A stretch of 32,000 nt of DNA from an uncultured Lachnospiraceae bacterium (GTDB lineage: Bacteria; Bacillota; Clostridia; Lachnospirales; Lachnospiraceae): NCBI GenBank assembly GCA_944384025.1, contig CALWRS010000011.1:19538-51537 (forward strand), in the 5' to 3' direction. Below, one piece after another: positions 6,724 to 15,314 of the stretch (the stretch's first letter is position 1; each line of letters starts with the position of its first letter). The notes beneath the pieces were generated by a model. The model searched no databases and was not told the origin of the DNA. It was given only the letters and a program-made list of their open reading frames with translations. The translations under genes and the position numbers were made by a program.

Positions 6724-8202
6724 ATGTTTTCCAAAGAGGCGATAAAGCAGCGAAAAGCGCGTTGTCTTATCGCGGCTTTGATGTTTGGAATAACGATATT
6801 CCTGCTTCTTACAGCGTGCGAAGCCCTGTTTCGCGACGACAGTCTGCCGTTTTTTAAGCACATAGAAGAAGCAATCACGAACGGACGGAAATTTTACGAG
6901 CTTTTGCTGCAAGACATAGACAACAGCCGAATCGTTCGTTACGGCGAGGCAGGGGATATTTTTTATGAGGCAGAGTACATTCTAGGTGCGAATAGCATTT
7001 ATGTGTCGAACGAGCACAAAGACAACCTTTCGTATACGGGGACTCTCCCGCAAAAAGGAAATGAAACTGCAATCTCGCAGGAAGTTGCAAAAAGACTGGA
7101 ACCGGAAGGAAATGCTATTGGGAAGCAAGTCTTCATCAATGAAAAGGAATACCTCATCACCGCGGTAGTGACAGAAATTTGAGGAACCGATATTTCAGAA
7201 ATTTATGTAGACAATAGGTTTGGTGAAAATGCGTTTGAAAACATGGTCTTTCTCTCCGAGCAGACGCTTTCAAAGAATGCCTCCCATAGCCTTTATATGC
7301 CGGGATTTAGCATCACAAAATACGAAAGCTTGTATTACCAGACCACAGTGTACAATACAGTATGCCCTGTTTCCAATGAGGTTGCGCTTGTAACCGGACG
7401 TATGCCTGAAGGGAGCAACGAGATCCTGATTTCGAGGCGACTTCTGGCGTAAAGAGAGCAAACTGCCGACGAGGTCGTAGGAAAGACCTACAAACTCGAG
7501 GACATTTACAACGAAAAGTACGGATGCACTTACTGGAACGAAGTGAATCTGCACGACGTCCTAGGCGAAACGTTTACCGTTGTTGGCGTAGGAGACGGAG
7601 AAGGGGATTACTACATTGCCGCGTCGCTTTACGAGCAAATAGCTAAAGAGATGAACGCGTATTATCAGGGCGCATATTGCCTTTTGTGCGACCAAAACTT
7701 TCTGCGTGCGGATTTAAAAGCAATTACAAAAAACGAAGTAAAAATGGAAGGTGTGAATTTCGATAGAGTATACACGCTCATAGAAACGGTTGAGGGGATG
7801 AAGACAGGAATTGTTATCGTGATTCTTATTCTCAGTGTTCTGACACTGCTGCAAATGATTTCCCTGTTTTCATACAGTATTAACGACAGCAAAAAGACAA
7901 TCGGGGTGTTAAGGACACTGGGTGTTAGCAACGCAGATATCAGGAAGATTTTTAGCGTAGAGTGCATTATCGTTTCCTTAGCGGCGCTTTTGATTGCGAT
8001 TGTGCTTAGTCTTTTGGCTACAAGGGGACTCAACTCCTTTTTGGATAGGGACATTATTTGCATAGAAGGCTTTGCCTTCCTGCAGATGCGCCTGCCGGTC
8101 GTTTTGGCAGCGAGTGCTCTAAGCATCGCGCTAAGCGTTCTGTCGGTAGTGATTCCTATAAGAAAGTATTCAAAACTTACGGTTATGGATCTGGTTCGCT
8201 AA
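6724..8202 (+). pseudogene. FtsX/MacB-type ABC permease interrupted by two in-frame stop codons
   Basis: A single reading frame carries TGA at 7180-7182 and TAA at 7450-7452. It has N-terminal TM CLIAALMFGITIFLLLTAC, a large extracytoplasmic region, and a C-terminal FtsX signature KKTIGVLRTLGVSNADIRKIFSVECIIVSL with three TM helices. Confidence 0.8.
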
Positions 8203-8231
8203 AATACTCTGCACTTGCCCCGGATTCTTCC

Positions 8232-8261
8232 TTGACATGCAGGTTTTCGCCGTGTTATATT
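8232..8261 (+). promoter_or_regulatory. Sigma-A type promoter of the metG leader
   Basis: TTGACA (8232-8237), a 17-18 nt spacer, then TTATAT/TATATT (8255-8261). Confidence 0.65.
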
Positions 8262-8269
8262 AATTTCCA

Positions 8270-8554
8270 GAATTGCATATACCATGCGTTGATGAGAAGA
8301 GTACGACGGAGGACCCTGTACAGAGAATCTGCGGCTGCTGAGAGCAGAGAAGGAGAACCTGCCGGAACATGGTCTCGGAGCAGTATGGCTGGGAAGCGTT
8401 GTTTTTCGGTCATGCCGGCGGCACCCGTTATCGTGACAGCCCGTAGGGAGAGAAACGTCTCGTCCCACGCGGCGAGAAAGGCGCGGAAAATCCGTGCGAA
8501 ATAAAGTGGTACCACGAAGCGTAGCTCTCGTCTTTATAAGGCGGGAGCTTTTTG
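8270..8554 (+). promoter_or_regulatory. T-box leader (tRNA-sensing riboswitch), Met specifier
   Basis: Stem I GA/K-turn motif TTGATGAGAAGAGTA (8289-8303). AGAGA and GCTGAGAGCAGAGAAGGA elements. Candidate specifier GGAAC-ATG-G (ATG 8369-8371). Conserved T-box sequence AAAGTGGTACCACG (8503-8516). Terminator hairpin AGCTCTCG...CGGGAGCT followed by TTTTT (8523-8554). metG lies downstream. Confidence 0.85.
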
Positions 8555-8555
8555 T

Positions 8556-8580
8556 GTTCGCCCGCCCATGGCGGGCGAAC
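8556..8580 (+). repeat. Perfect GC-rich palindrome/hairpin immediately after the T-box terminator
   Basis: GTTCGCCCGCC-CAT-GGCGGGCGAAC. Confidence 0.7.
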
Positions 8581-8585
8581 ATGAA

Positions 8586-8610
8586 AGACTAGCCGCATTT
8601 GGGCTAGTCT
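8586..8610 (+). repeat. Hairpin in the metG leader spacer
   Basis: AGACTAGCC-GCATTTG-GGCTAGTCT (9-bp stem). Confidence 0.65.
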
Positions 8611-8702
8611 CCATGAGCAACTACTACGCCGAGAGGCGTGTCACTTGTTAAGTTGATTGAACCGCCGCTTGCGGAACCGCATGAGCGGTGGTGTGAGAGG
8701 TC

Positions 8703-8729
8703 GGAAATTCCTCAATTAGAGGAATTTCC
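8703..8729 (+). repeat. Hairpin in the metG leader spacer
   Basis: GGAAATTCCTC-AATTA-GAGGAATTTCC (11-bp perfect stem). Confidence 0.7.
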
Positions 8730-8755
8730 TCCTACTCGATTTTATCAGATGTGGG

Positions 8756-8775
8756 AAGACCCGCAAGCGGGTCTT
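8756..8775 (+). repeat. Copy B of the hairpin-2 module (identical to 5053-5072)
   Basis: AAGACCCGCAAGCGGGTCTT followed by GA, a 20/20 match to copy A. It lies 33 nt upstream of the metG start codon. Confidence 0.75.
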
Positions 8776-8808
8776 GATTCGATAATGTTTATTAGGAGGG
8801 AAACTATC

Positions 8809-10836
8809 ATGTGTGACTGCGGCGAAAAGAAACCGTATTATATTACTACCGCGATTGCTTATACGTCGGGGAAGCCTCATATTGGAAATACGTACGAGGC
8901 GATTTTAGCAGACAGCATCGCGCGGTTTAAGCGTTTTGAAGGCTACGACGTCTTTTTTCAGACGGGGACGGATGAGCATGGACAAAAGATTGAAATAAAA
9001 GCGGAAGAGGCACAGACGACGCCCAAGGCGTTTGTTGACGGCGTTGCCGGAGTAATTCGCGGAATTTGGGATCGGGTGAATACGTCGTACGACAAATTTA
9101 TCCGCACGACGGATGCCGAGCACGAACGGCAGGTACAAAAGATTTTCCGCAAACTTTACGAAAAGGGCGATATTTATAAGGGAAGCTACGAAGGTTTGTA
9201 TTGCACGCCGTGCGAATCGTTTTGGACGGAGTCGCAGCTGGTGGACGGAAAATGTCCGGATTGCGGAAGGGAAGTACAGCCCGCGCAGGAGGAAGCGTAT
9301 TTCTTTCGGATGAGCAAGTACGCCGACCGCTTGATTGCGCACATTAACGCGCATCCGGAGTTTATTCAGCCCGTCAGCCGCAAAAACGAGATGATGAACA
9401 ACTTCCTGCTTCCGGGACTGCAGGATCTTTGCATTTCAAGAACGTCCTTCCGCTGGGGAATTCCGGTGGATTTTGACGAGCGCCATGTCGTTTACGTATG
9501 GCTGGATGCGCTTACCAATTATATTACCGGAATCGGCTACGACGCCGACGGCGGCTGCGCGCCTTCGTTTGCGAAGTTCTGGCCGGCGGATTTGCACCTG
9601 ATAGGAAAGGACATTATTCGTTTCCATACAATCTATTGGCCGATTTTCCTAATGGCGCTTGACCTTCCGCTTCCTAAGCAGGTTTTCGGGCATCCCTGGC
9701 TGCTTCAGGGCGGGGAGAAGATGAGCAAAAGCCGCGGAAACGTTATTTATGCAGACGACCTTGCCGACATGTTTGGCGTGGACGCTGTGCGCTACTTTGT
9801 CCTTCACGAGACGCCTTTTGAGAGCGACGGCGTGATTACCTGGGAGCTTGTGGTAGAGCGGACAAATTCGGATTTGGCAAATACGCTGGGAAACCTTGTA
9901 AACCGTACGATTTCCATGAGCAACAAATACTTTGGCGGCGTCGTTACAAAAAGCGGCGTTTCGGAAGCGGTGGACGAGGAGCTAAAAGCGACGGCTGTTT
10001 CGGCGCTTCCGAAAGTTCGTACGAAAATGCAGGAACTGCGGGTGGCCGATGCGATTGGCGAAATCTTTGCGCTTTTTAAGCGCTGCAACAAATACATCGA
10101 CGAGACGATGCCGTGGGCGCTTGCGAAGGACGAGGACAAGAAGCCGCGCTTGCAGGAGGTTTTGTATAACCTGACGGAAGCGATTGTGATTGGCGCAAGC
10201 CTTTTAAAGAGCTTTCTGCCGGAGACGGCCGATAAAATTGCCGCACAGCTTAACTGCGAGCTTCGCGAAATGCAGGATTTGTCTGCTTTTGGCGGATATT
10301 CAAGCGGCAATTCGGTGACGCAAAAGCCGGAAATTCTCTTTGCGCGCCTTGACTGGAAGGAAGTCGAGCCGAAGGTTGCCGCAATTCAGGAAGCGCAAAG
10401 AAAGGAATACGAAGAAGAGCAGGCGCGAATTGCGGCAAGAAATACGAAGCAGCCGGTTTGCGGCGAAGAAGGGAAAACCGAGGAAACGGTAATGTGCGTT
10501 GCGCCAAAAGAAGAAGTTTCCTACGAAGCTTTTGACGCGCTGCAATTTCAGGTAGGAGAAATCTTGCACTGTGAGGAAGTCAAAAAGTCCAAAAAGCTGC
10601 TCGTTTCCAAAGTGAAGGTCGGCGACCGGGTGCTGCAGATTGTATCCGGCATCAAAAAAGATTACGCGCCGTCGGAAATGGTAGGCAAAAAGGTAATGGT
10701 ACTCGTAAACCTAAAACCGGCGACCCTTGCCGGAATCCGCTCGGAAGGTATGCTGCTTTGCGCGGAAAACGAAGCAGGGGAGCTTTCCTTAGTTGTTCCG
10801 GAAAAGCCGATGCCTGCGGGAGCGCCAATTTGCTGA
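8809..10836 (+). CDS. metG: Methionine--tRNA ligase with C-terminal tRNA-binding domain
   Basis: HIGH-type motif KPHIGN, KMSKS, zinc knuckles CTPCESF and CPDCG. C-terminal Trbp111/EMAP-like domain FQVGEILHCEEV...LAGIRSEGMLL. ATG 8809 is preceded by AGGAGGG. The 57 codons upstream in the track ORF translate the hairpin region. Confidence 0.95.
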   Translation: MCDCGEKKPYYITTAIAYTSGKPHIGNTYEAILADSIARFKRFEGYDVFFQTGTDEHGQKIEIKAEEAQTTPKAFVDGVAGVIRGIWDRVNTSYDKFIRTTDAEHERQVQKIFRKLYEKGDIYKGSYEGLYCTPCESFWTESQLVDGKCPDCGREVQPAQEEAYFFRMSKYADRLIAHINAHPEFIQPVSRKNEMMNNFLLPGLQDLCISRTSFRWGIPVDFDERHVVYVWLDALTNYITGIGYDADGGCAPSFAKFWPADLHLIGKDIIRFHTIYWPIFLMALDLPLPKQVFGHPWLLQGGEKMSKSRGNVIYADDLADMFGVDAVRYFVLHETPFESDGVITWELVVERTNSDLANTLGNLVNRTISMSNKYFGGVVTKSGVSEAVDEELKATAVSALPKVRTKMQELRVADAIGEIFALFKRCNKYIDETMPWALAKDEDKKPRLQEVLYNLTEAIVIGASLLKSFLPETADKIAAQLNCELREMQDLSAFGGYSSGNSVTQKPEILFARLDWKEVEPKVAAIQEAQRKEYEEEQARIAARNTKQPVCGEEGKTEETVMCVAPKEEVSYEAFDALQFQVGEILHCEEVKKSKKLLVSKVKVGDRVLQIVSGIKKDYAPSEMVGKKVMVLVNLKPATLAGIRSEGMLLCAENEAGELSLVVPEKPMPAGAPIC

Positions 10837-10881
10837 AAAATTGTCAAAACAATGTGAAAAAGATGGGGAACGGAGGAGAGT

Positions 10882-12726
10882 ATGGGTCGATTTCGCAGGG
10901 AGTTTAAATTTTCGCTAAAGACAAAGAAGCACTTGTTCTTTTTAGTGCTGCTTTGTCTGATTGCCGCGTCGGCGGTCTGGATTTTCCAGCGCAGCCTTGC
11001 CGCGAGGATGCGCGCGTCTTTTCCCGGAGATTATGGCGATAAGAGCGCGCGAAGCGAGCAGACCTTCCGCTTAGAGGGGACGCAGGATGAGATGGCGTCG
11101 GTTACCGACGGCGACCTGAAGGCGGAGATGCAGCTAAACGAGGCGCTTCATAAGGCGGACTGGATGACGTATTCCGAAGGAGCAGTGCAGCATTTGTATA
11201 TTCGCAGCTACACTGGGCCAAAGGATATGGTTGTCGGAGGGCAGGAAGGCCAATACGAAAAAAACAGCAGCGTAGAAATGGAAGGCTACACGTACGCTTA
11301 CGTAAAAGCAGTGTGGCTTGGGCAGGAAACGGCAGCCCTAGCCGGACTTGGCATGTATGCGCAGGAGCTGTTTCGCCATCCTACCGACTACATTAACACC
11401 TTATACGTTATGCTTGGCGCAGAGTACAAGGAGCAGGAAGTGTACGCGGTAGGCGACGTATTGCAGGTTAAGACTTCGTATGGAAACGTCGAGGCGACGG
11501 TGACCGGATTTTTGGAAAAAGGCGCGAGCGTAGAATTAAACGGAAAAACCATTTGCTTAGACTCGTACGTTTTATGCCCGCTTGTCGATATGAGCGATTT
11601 ATACGGCGAAGCGCCGGAGACGGATAAGACGTATCTTTCTCCGATGTACGTAACAGAGACGATGCTTGGGGAGAATAACCGCGAAGAAGGCGAAGCGATA
11701 ACGGACGAGGAGGTTACGTACACGCCGGTAAAAGCCATTTGGTTTGACCGCAGTCTGCGGGAGAACGAGAACCTGGAAGCAACCTTGCAGGGAATGCTTA
11801 AAGAAGAAAACATCCCTCAGATGAGCTTTGTTTACTTGGGCGCAAGTTACCGAGAGAAAGGTGTTATGCCCGGTACGACCATAACGTTTATTGCAGGCTG
11901 CGGAAAGCGGCAGGCGTGCTGCGTTGGCTTTTTTACGGAAGGGCTTACATACGAGGTGGATGGCGAGACCGTTCTCTTAGACGACTATATTGGCATTGTG
12001 CAATACGATTACAGCAAGATGTATACAATGCCGGGGCAGAGCAATCCGCAGGAGGAAGAAGATACGGCGCAGGATACCGACGAGGAGACGGATGGCGATA
12101 TTATCGCTACGATGCGCCCGGACATCTCTTACAACCTGGGCGAGCGCACAAAGCTGTTTTCGATATTGTTCCTGAAAAATCAAGGGTATGTGACCACAAC
12201 GCTGACCGCCAACGAAGCGCAGCGAAAGCTGACGGAGGAAGTGGATGCGGCGTGGAAGAACTTCTATTTGGAAAACAAGGGGCTCTCGGCCGTTACGACT
12301 TACGTGATAGCGCAAGCGGACGCAACCAACAGCATTCTCTTCCACAGCAATATTCAGAAAATTCTTTCCGGTCTTCAAAAAGCGGACGACTGGATGTTTC
12401 TCGGGACAGGTTTTCTTGTGTTAGCGTACTTCTTCTTAAAAAGACGGACGGCGCAGGAATATTACGTAACGCTTCTGCTGACGGGATCGTCCGTTGTGGA
12501 AATTATGTTGCTGTTTTTGGCGGAAATTCTGATTCTTTACGCAGGCTCCGTCGGATTTGGGTATCTTTTTAGCTGGCTGCTTTGCCGCGTAATGCAGCTG
12601 CAGGCTGTTTCCTTTACGAAGCTGCTTGCGGCTAATCTGCTGGCGATAGGCGTTCCCGGCATCGCGATTCTTCTGCGGGTCGCGCTTGCCGATTACGGAA
12701 AAATGTTCCGGCGCGGAAGGAGGTAA
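10882..12726 (+). CDS. FtsX-like (MacB-type, 4 TM) membrane protein with a duplicated extracytoplasmic module
   Basis: N-terminal TM LFFLVLLCLIAASAVWIF. Internal duplication LYVMLGAEYKEQEVYAVGDVLQVKTSYGNVEATVTGFLEKG versus SFVYLGASYREKGVMPGTTITFIAGCGKRQACCVGFFTEG. C-terminal FtsX-like pattern KRRTAQEYYVTLLLTGSSVVEIMLLFLAEILIL with three TM helices. Confidence 0.65.
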   Translation: MGRFRREFKFSLKTKKHLFFLVLLCLIAASAVWIFQRSLAARMRASFPGDYGDKSARSEQTFRLEGTQDEMASVTDGDLKAEMQLNEALHKADWMTYSEGAVQHLYIRSYTGPKDMVVGGQEGQYEKNSSVEMEGYTYAYVKAVWLGQETAALAGLGMYAQELFRHPTDYINTLYVMLGAEYKEQEVYAVGDVLQVKTSYGNVEATVTGFLEKGASVELNGKTICLDSYVLCPLVDMSDLYGEAPETDKTYLSPMYVTETMLGENNREEGEAITDEEVTYTPVKAIWFDRSLRENENLEATLQGMLKEENIPQMSFVYLGASYREKGVMPGTTITFIAGCGKRQACCVGFFTEGLTYEVDGETVLLDDYIGIVQYDYSKMYTMPGQSNPQEEEDTAQDTDEETDGDIIATMRPDISYNLGERTKLFSILFLKNQGYVTTTLTANEAQRKLTEEVDAAWKNFYLENKGLSAVTTYVIAQADATNSILFHSNIQKILSGLQKADDWMFLGTGFLVLAYFFLKRRTAQEYYVTLLLTGSSVVEIMLLFLAEILILYAGSVGFGYLFSWLLCRVMQLQAVSFTKLLAANLLAIGVPGIAILLRVALADYGKMFRRGRR

Positions 12727-12728
12727 GC

Positions 12729-13625
12729 ATGGCATTCGAGGCAAAAAATATTACCTGCTGCTTTGGGCGCGGTGAAAAGAAAGAGACGGTCGTGGAAGAT
12801 TTGAGCTTTTCCTTTGGGGAAGGCGAAATGGTGGCGCTTGTCGGAAAAAAACGAAGCGGGAAAAGCTCGGTGATGAACGTATTAGCAGGGCTTGATAAAG
12901 CGAGCGCCGGCGAATGCTTTGTGGACGGGAAGCAGCTGCCGGTGGGACGTTTGCTGGGCGGCGCCGGATGGCGCGCAAAGAAGCTTGGAATTATTACGAA
13001 GACGCCGATGCTTGTTTCCGAGCTTACGGTTTACGAAAATGTAATGCTTCCGCTTCACCATCGGCTGATGACCGGAAAGAACAAGCTGCGGCGGGCAAAG
13101 GAAGTGCTTCGCTCCGTCGGGCTTAGAGGCAAGGGAAAGTATTATCCGCACGAGCTAAATACGATGGAGCAGCAGCTTGTATGTACGGCGCGGGCGCTTG
13201 TGCACGATCCGGCGTATTTGCTGGCGGATGAGCCGACCGCGTGTTTAGAAGGCGGCGATGTGGAGCGCTATTTGGACCTTCTGGAAGTTTTGTGCAGCGC
13301 CGGGAAAGGCATTTTGATTGCGACGTACAGCAAGCGTGTTGCTTCCCGCTGCCACCGGATTGTCCCAATTGTCAAAGAGGAGGTTTCCTCGGGCGCGGCC
13401 GCAGAGGCGGCGGCAGCGCCGACCGTTTCTCCGGTTCCCGGGCATACGCTTGCCGGTGCGATACCGGAAGAGACGCCGGAGGCGCGGCAGGAGCGCGAAA
13501 GAGAAGCTTACGAAAAAGACGAAGCGCAGGACATCGCCATTTCCGAAGATTTTGATACAGAATTTGAGCACAAGCTCGGCAATAACATAGAGGGAGTTTT
13601 GCAGGAGGAGCAAACGGAACAATGA
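12729..13625 (+). CDS. ABC-type ATPase homologue with degenerate Q-loop, signature and H-loop, plus a disordered acidic tail
   Basis: Walker A GKKRSGKSS and Walker B YLLADEPT are retained. The Q-loop position reads GIITKTP (Q to K). The signature reads LNTMEQQ instead of LSGGQ. The H-loop position reads ATYS instead of TH. About 90 C-terminal residues are low-complexity and acidic. Confidence 0.75.
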   Translation: MAFEAKNITCCFGRGEKKETVVEDLSFSFGEGEMVALVGKKRSGKSSVMNVLAGLDKASAGECFVDGKQLPVGRLLGGAGWRAKKLGIITKTPMLVSELTVYENVMLPLHHRLMTGKNKLRRAKEVLRSVGLRGKGKYYPHELNTMEQQLVCTARALVHDPAYLLADEPTACLEGGDVERYLDLLEVLCSAGKGILIATYSKRVASRCHRIVPIVKEEVSSGAAAEAAAAPTVSPVPGHTLAGAIPEETPEARQEREREAYEKDEAQDIAISEDFDTEFEHKLGNNIEGVLQEEQTEQ

Positions 13626-15133
13626 CCGGAAAAAAAGAAAAACAGTGGAGACGCGGGGCGGGCGTTTTAATGCCGGTTTTTTCACTTCCAAGCAAGTACG
13701 GAATTGGGACGCTTGGCCAGGCGGCGTACGATTTTGTGGATTTTCTTCAACGCATGGGGCAGACGTATTGGCAGGTGCTGCCGGTTGGCCCTACAGGGTA
13801 TGGGGACAGCCCGTACCAGTCGTATTCGGCTTTTGCCGGGAACCCGTATTTTATCGACTTGGAGTTTTTGATTCGGGACGGCTTGCTGCTTAAAGAAGAA
13901 GCGGAAGCCGGATATTGGGGGACGATGCCCCGCTATGTAGATTACGGTGCGCAATACGCGAACCGCTACGACGTATTAAAAAAAGCGTTTGCGCGAAGCA
14001 GCCACGAGACGACGGATGCGTTTGCCGCGTTTTGCAAGGGCGCCGCGTATTGGCTGGACGACTACTGCCTGTTTATGGCCATCAAAGAAAGTCAGGGCGG
14101 CAAGCCTTGGCAGGAGTGGGATAACGAGGGCTTAAAGTGCCACCGGCCGGGGGCGCTTGCAGCGGCAAGAGAAACGCTGAAGGAGGAGATTTCGTTCCAG
14201 AAGTTCTTGCAGTTTCAGTTTTTCACGCAGTGGCAGGAGCTAAAAGCTTACGCGGCTGGCCGCGGCGTGGAAATTATCGGCGACATCCCGCTTTACGTTG
14301 CAATGGACAGCGCGGACGCATGGGCGCACAGCGACCTGTTTGAGATGGATGAAAGGCGAAGGGCCATTAACATTGCCGGAGTACCGCCGGATATTTTCAG
14401 TGCGGACGGACAGCGCTGGGGAAATCCGCTCTACCGCTGGGACGTTATGGAGAAAAAGAACTTCCGGTGGTGGAAGCAGAGAATGCGGGCAAACGCCGCG
14501 CTCTACGACATAATTCGCATCGACCACTTTATCGGTGTTGTGAACTATTGGTCGATTCCGGCAAAATGCAAGACCGCAAAAGGCGGGAAGTGGCGCAAAG
14601 GGCCCGCAGAGAAATTAACGCAGGTGATCGATGCGTCCATTGGAAACGCAAAAATCATTGCGGAGGACTTGGGGATTTTAACGAAGCCGGTCAAAGATCT
14701 TATGCGGCAATGCGGCTATCCGGGCATGAAAATCCTTGAGTTTGGCGTCGCCGGAGATTCCTCCAACGACTATTTGATGCACAATTATCAAAACCCGAAC
14801 TGCATCGCTTATATCGGGACGCACGACAACGAGACGCTTGCGGGGTTTTTGAAAAACCGTCAGCAGTGGGAAATCGACTGGATGAAAGGCTACTTCGGAA
14901 TTTTAAAAGAAGAGGAGCTGCACGACCAGATGATAAGGCGGCTTTATGAAAGCATTGCCGTTGTTGTGATTGTGCAAATGCAGGATTTGCTGCATCTGGA
15001 TAACGAGGCGCGCATCAATCATCCGGCTACGGTTGGTACGAACTGGCAGTGGCGAATGCTTCCGGAGGAAGAAAAGCAAGTCGATGCGGATTATTACCGC
15101 TGGCTTGGCAGGATGTTCTCCAGAAGCGAGTAA
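13622..15133 (+). CDS. malQ: 4-alpha-glucanotransferase (amylomaltase, GH77)
   Basis: GVLMPVFSLPSKYGIGTLG, GDSPYQSYSAFAGNPYFID, IIGDIPLYVA, RIDHF, IGTHDN. The ATGA start overlaps the upstream stop. Confidence 0.93.
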   Translation: MTGKKEKQWRRGAGVLMPVFSLPSKYGIGTLGQAAYDFVDFLQRMGQTYWQVLPVGPTGYGDSPYQSYSAFAGNPYFIDLEFLIRDGLLLKEEAEAGYWGTMPRYVDYGAQYANRYDVLKKAFARSSHETTDAFAAFCKGAAYWLDDYCLFMAIKESQGGKPWQEWDNEGLKCHRPGALAAARETLKEEISFQKFLQFQFFTQWQELKAYAAGRGVEIIGDIPLYVAMDSADAWAHSDLFEMDERRRAINIAGVPPDIFSADGQRWGNPLYRWDVMEKKNFRWWKQRMRANAALYDIIRIDHFIGVVNYWSIPAKCKTAKGGKWRKGPAEKLTQVIDASIGNAKIIAEDLGILTKPVKDLMRQCGYPGMKILEFGVAGDSSNDYLMHNYQNPNCIAYIGTHDNETLAGFLKNRQQWEIDWMKGYFGILKEEELHDQMIRRLYESIAVVVIVQMQDLLHLDNEARINHPATVGTNWQWRMLPEEEKQVDADYYRWLGRMFSRSE

Positions 15134-15154
15134 AACAGCAAAACAGACAAATTT

Positions 15155-15199
15155 AAGACCGCGTTTTTGGGCAGTTTTTTTCCAAAGACGCGGTCTTTT
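15155..15199 (+). terminator. Intrinsic terminator after malQ
   Basis: Long hairpin AAGACCGCGTTTTTGG...CCAAAGACGCGGTCTT followed by TTG and a T-rich tail. Confidence 0.6.
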
Positions 15200-15284
15200 G
15201 TGCATGCTGCCATGGCACAATGACGGAGATTGCGAAAGGTCGATTACAAGTTTCACAAACTTACTTTTTTCGGTGGATTTTGGC

Positions 15285-15314
15285 TTGACGAAGGCGGAGG
15301 CGGCGGGGTATGAT
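15285..15314 (+). promoter_or_regulatory. Candidate promoter of the Tad locus
   Basis: TTGACG (15285-15290), an 18-nt spacer, TATGAT (15309-15314). The leader contains the hairpin CCGACGG-AAGAAGCG-CCGTCGG before the RBS GGAAAGGAGG. Confidence 0.5.

Noticed and set aside
7180-7182. The in-frame TGA in the FtsX permease as selenocysteine or programmed read-through
   Set aside because: A second in-frame stop (TAA 7450-7452) and the lesions in the neighbouring genes indicate decay. No SECIS-like hairpin is evident immediately downstream.
5222-8231. Calling the AT-rich islet a mobile element
   Set aside because: No integrase, transposase, terminal inverted repeats or duplicated tRNA 3' end were found. 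Only composition and position next to a tRNA support horizontal origin, so it is reported as a finding and not as a mobile_element feature.
8638-8808. The 57-codon N-terminal extension of the metG ORF given in the six-frame track
   Set aside because: The extension translates the hairpin-rich leader and has no MetRS similarity. It starts at a GTG without an RBS. ATG 8809 has a strong AGGAGGG RBS and begins the conserved MetRS N-terminus.
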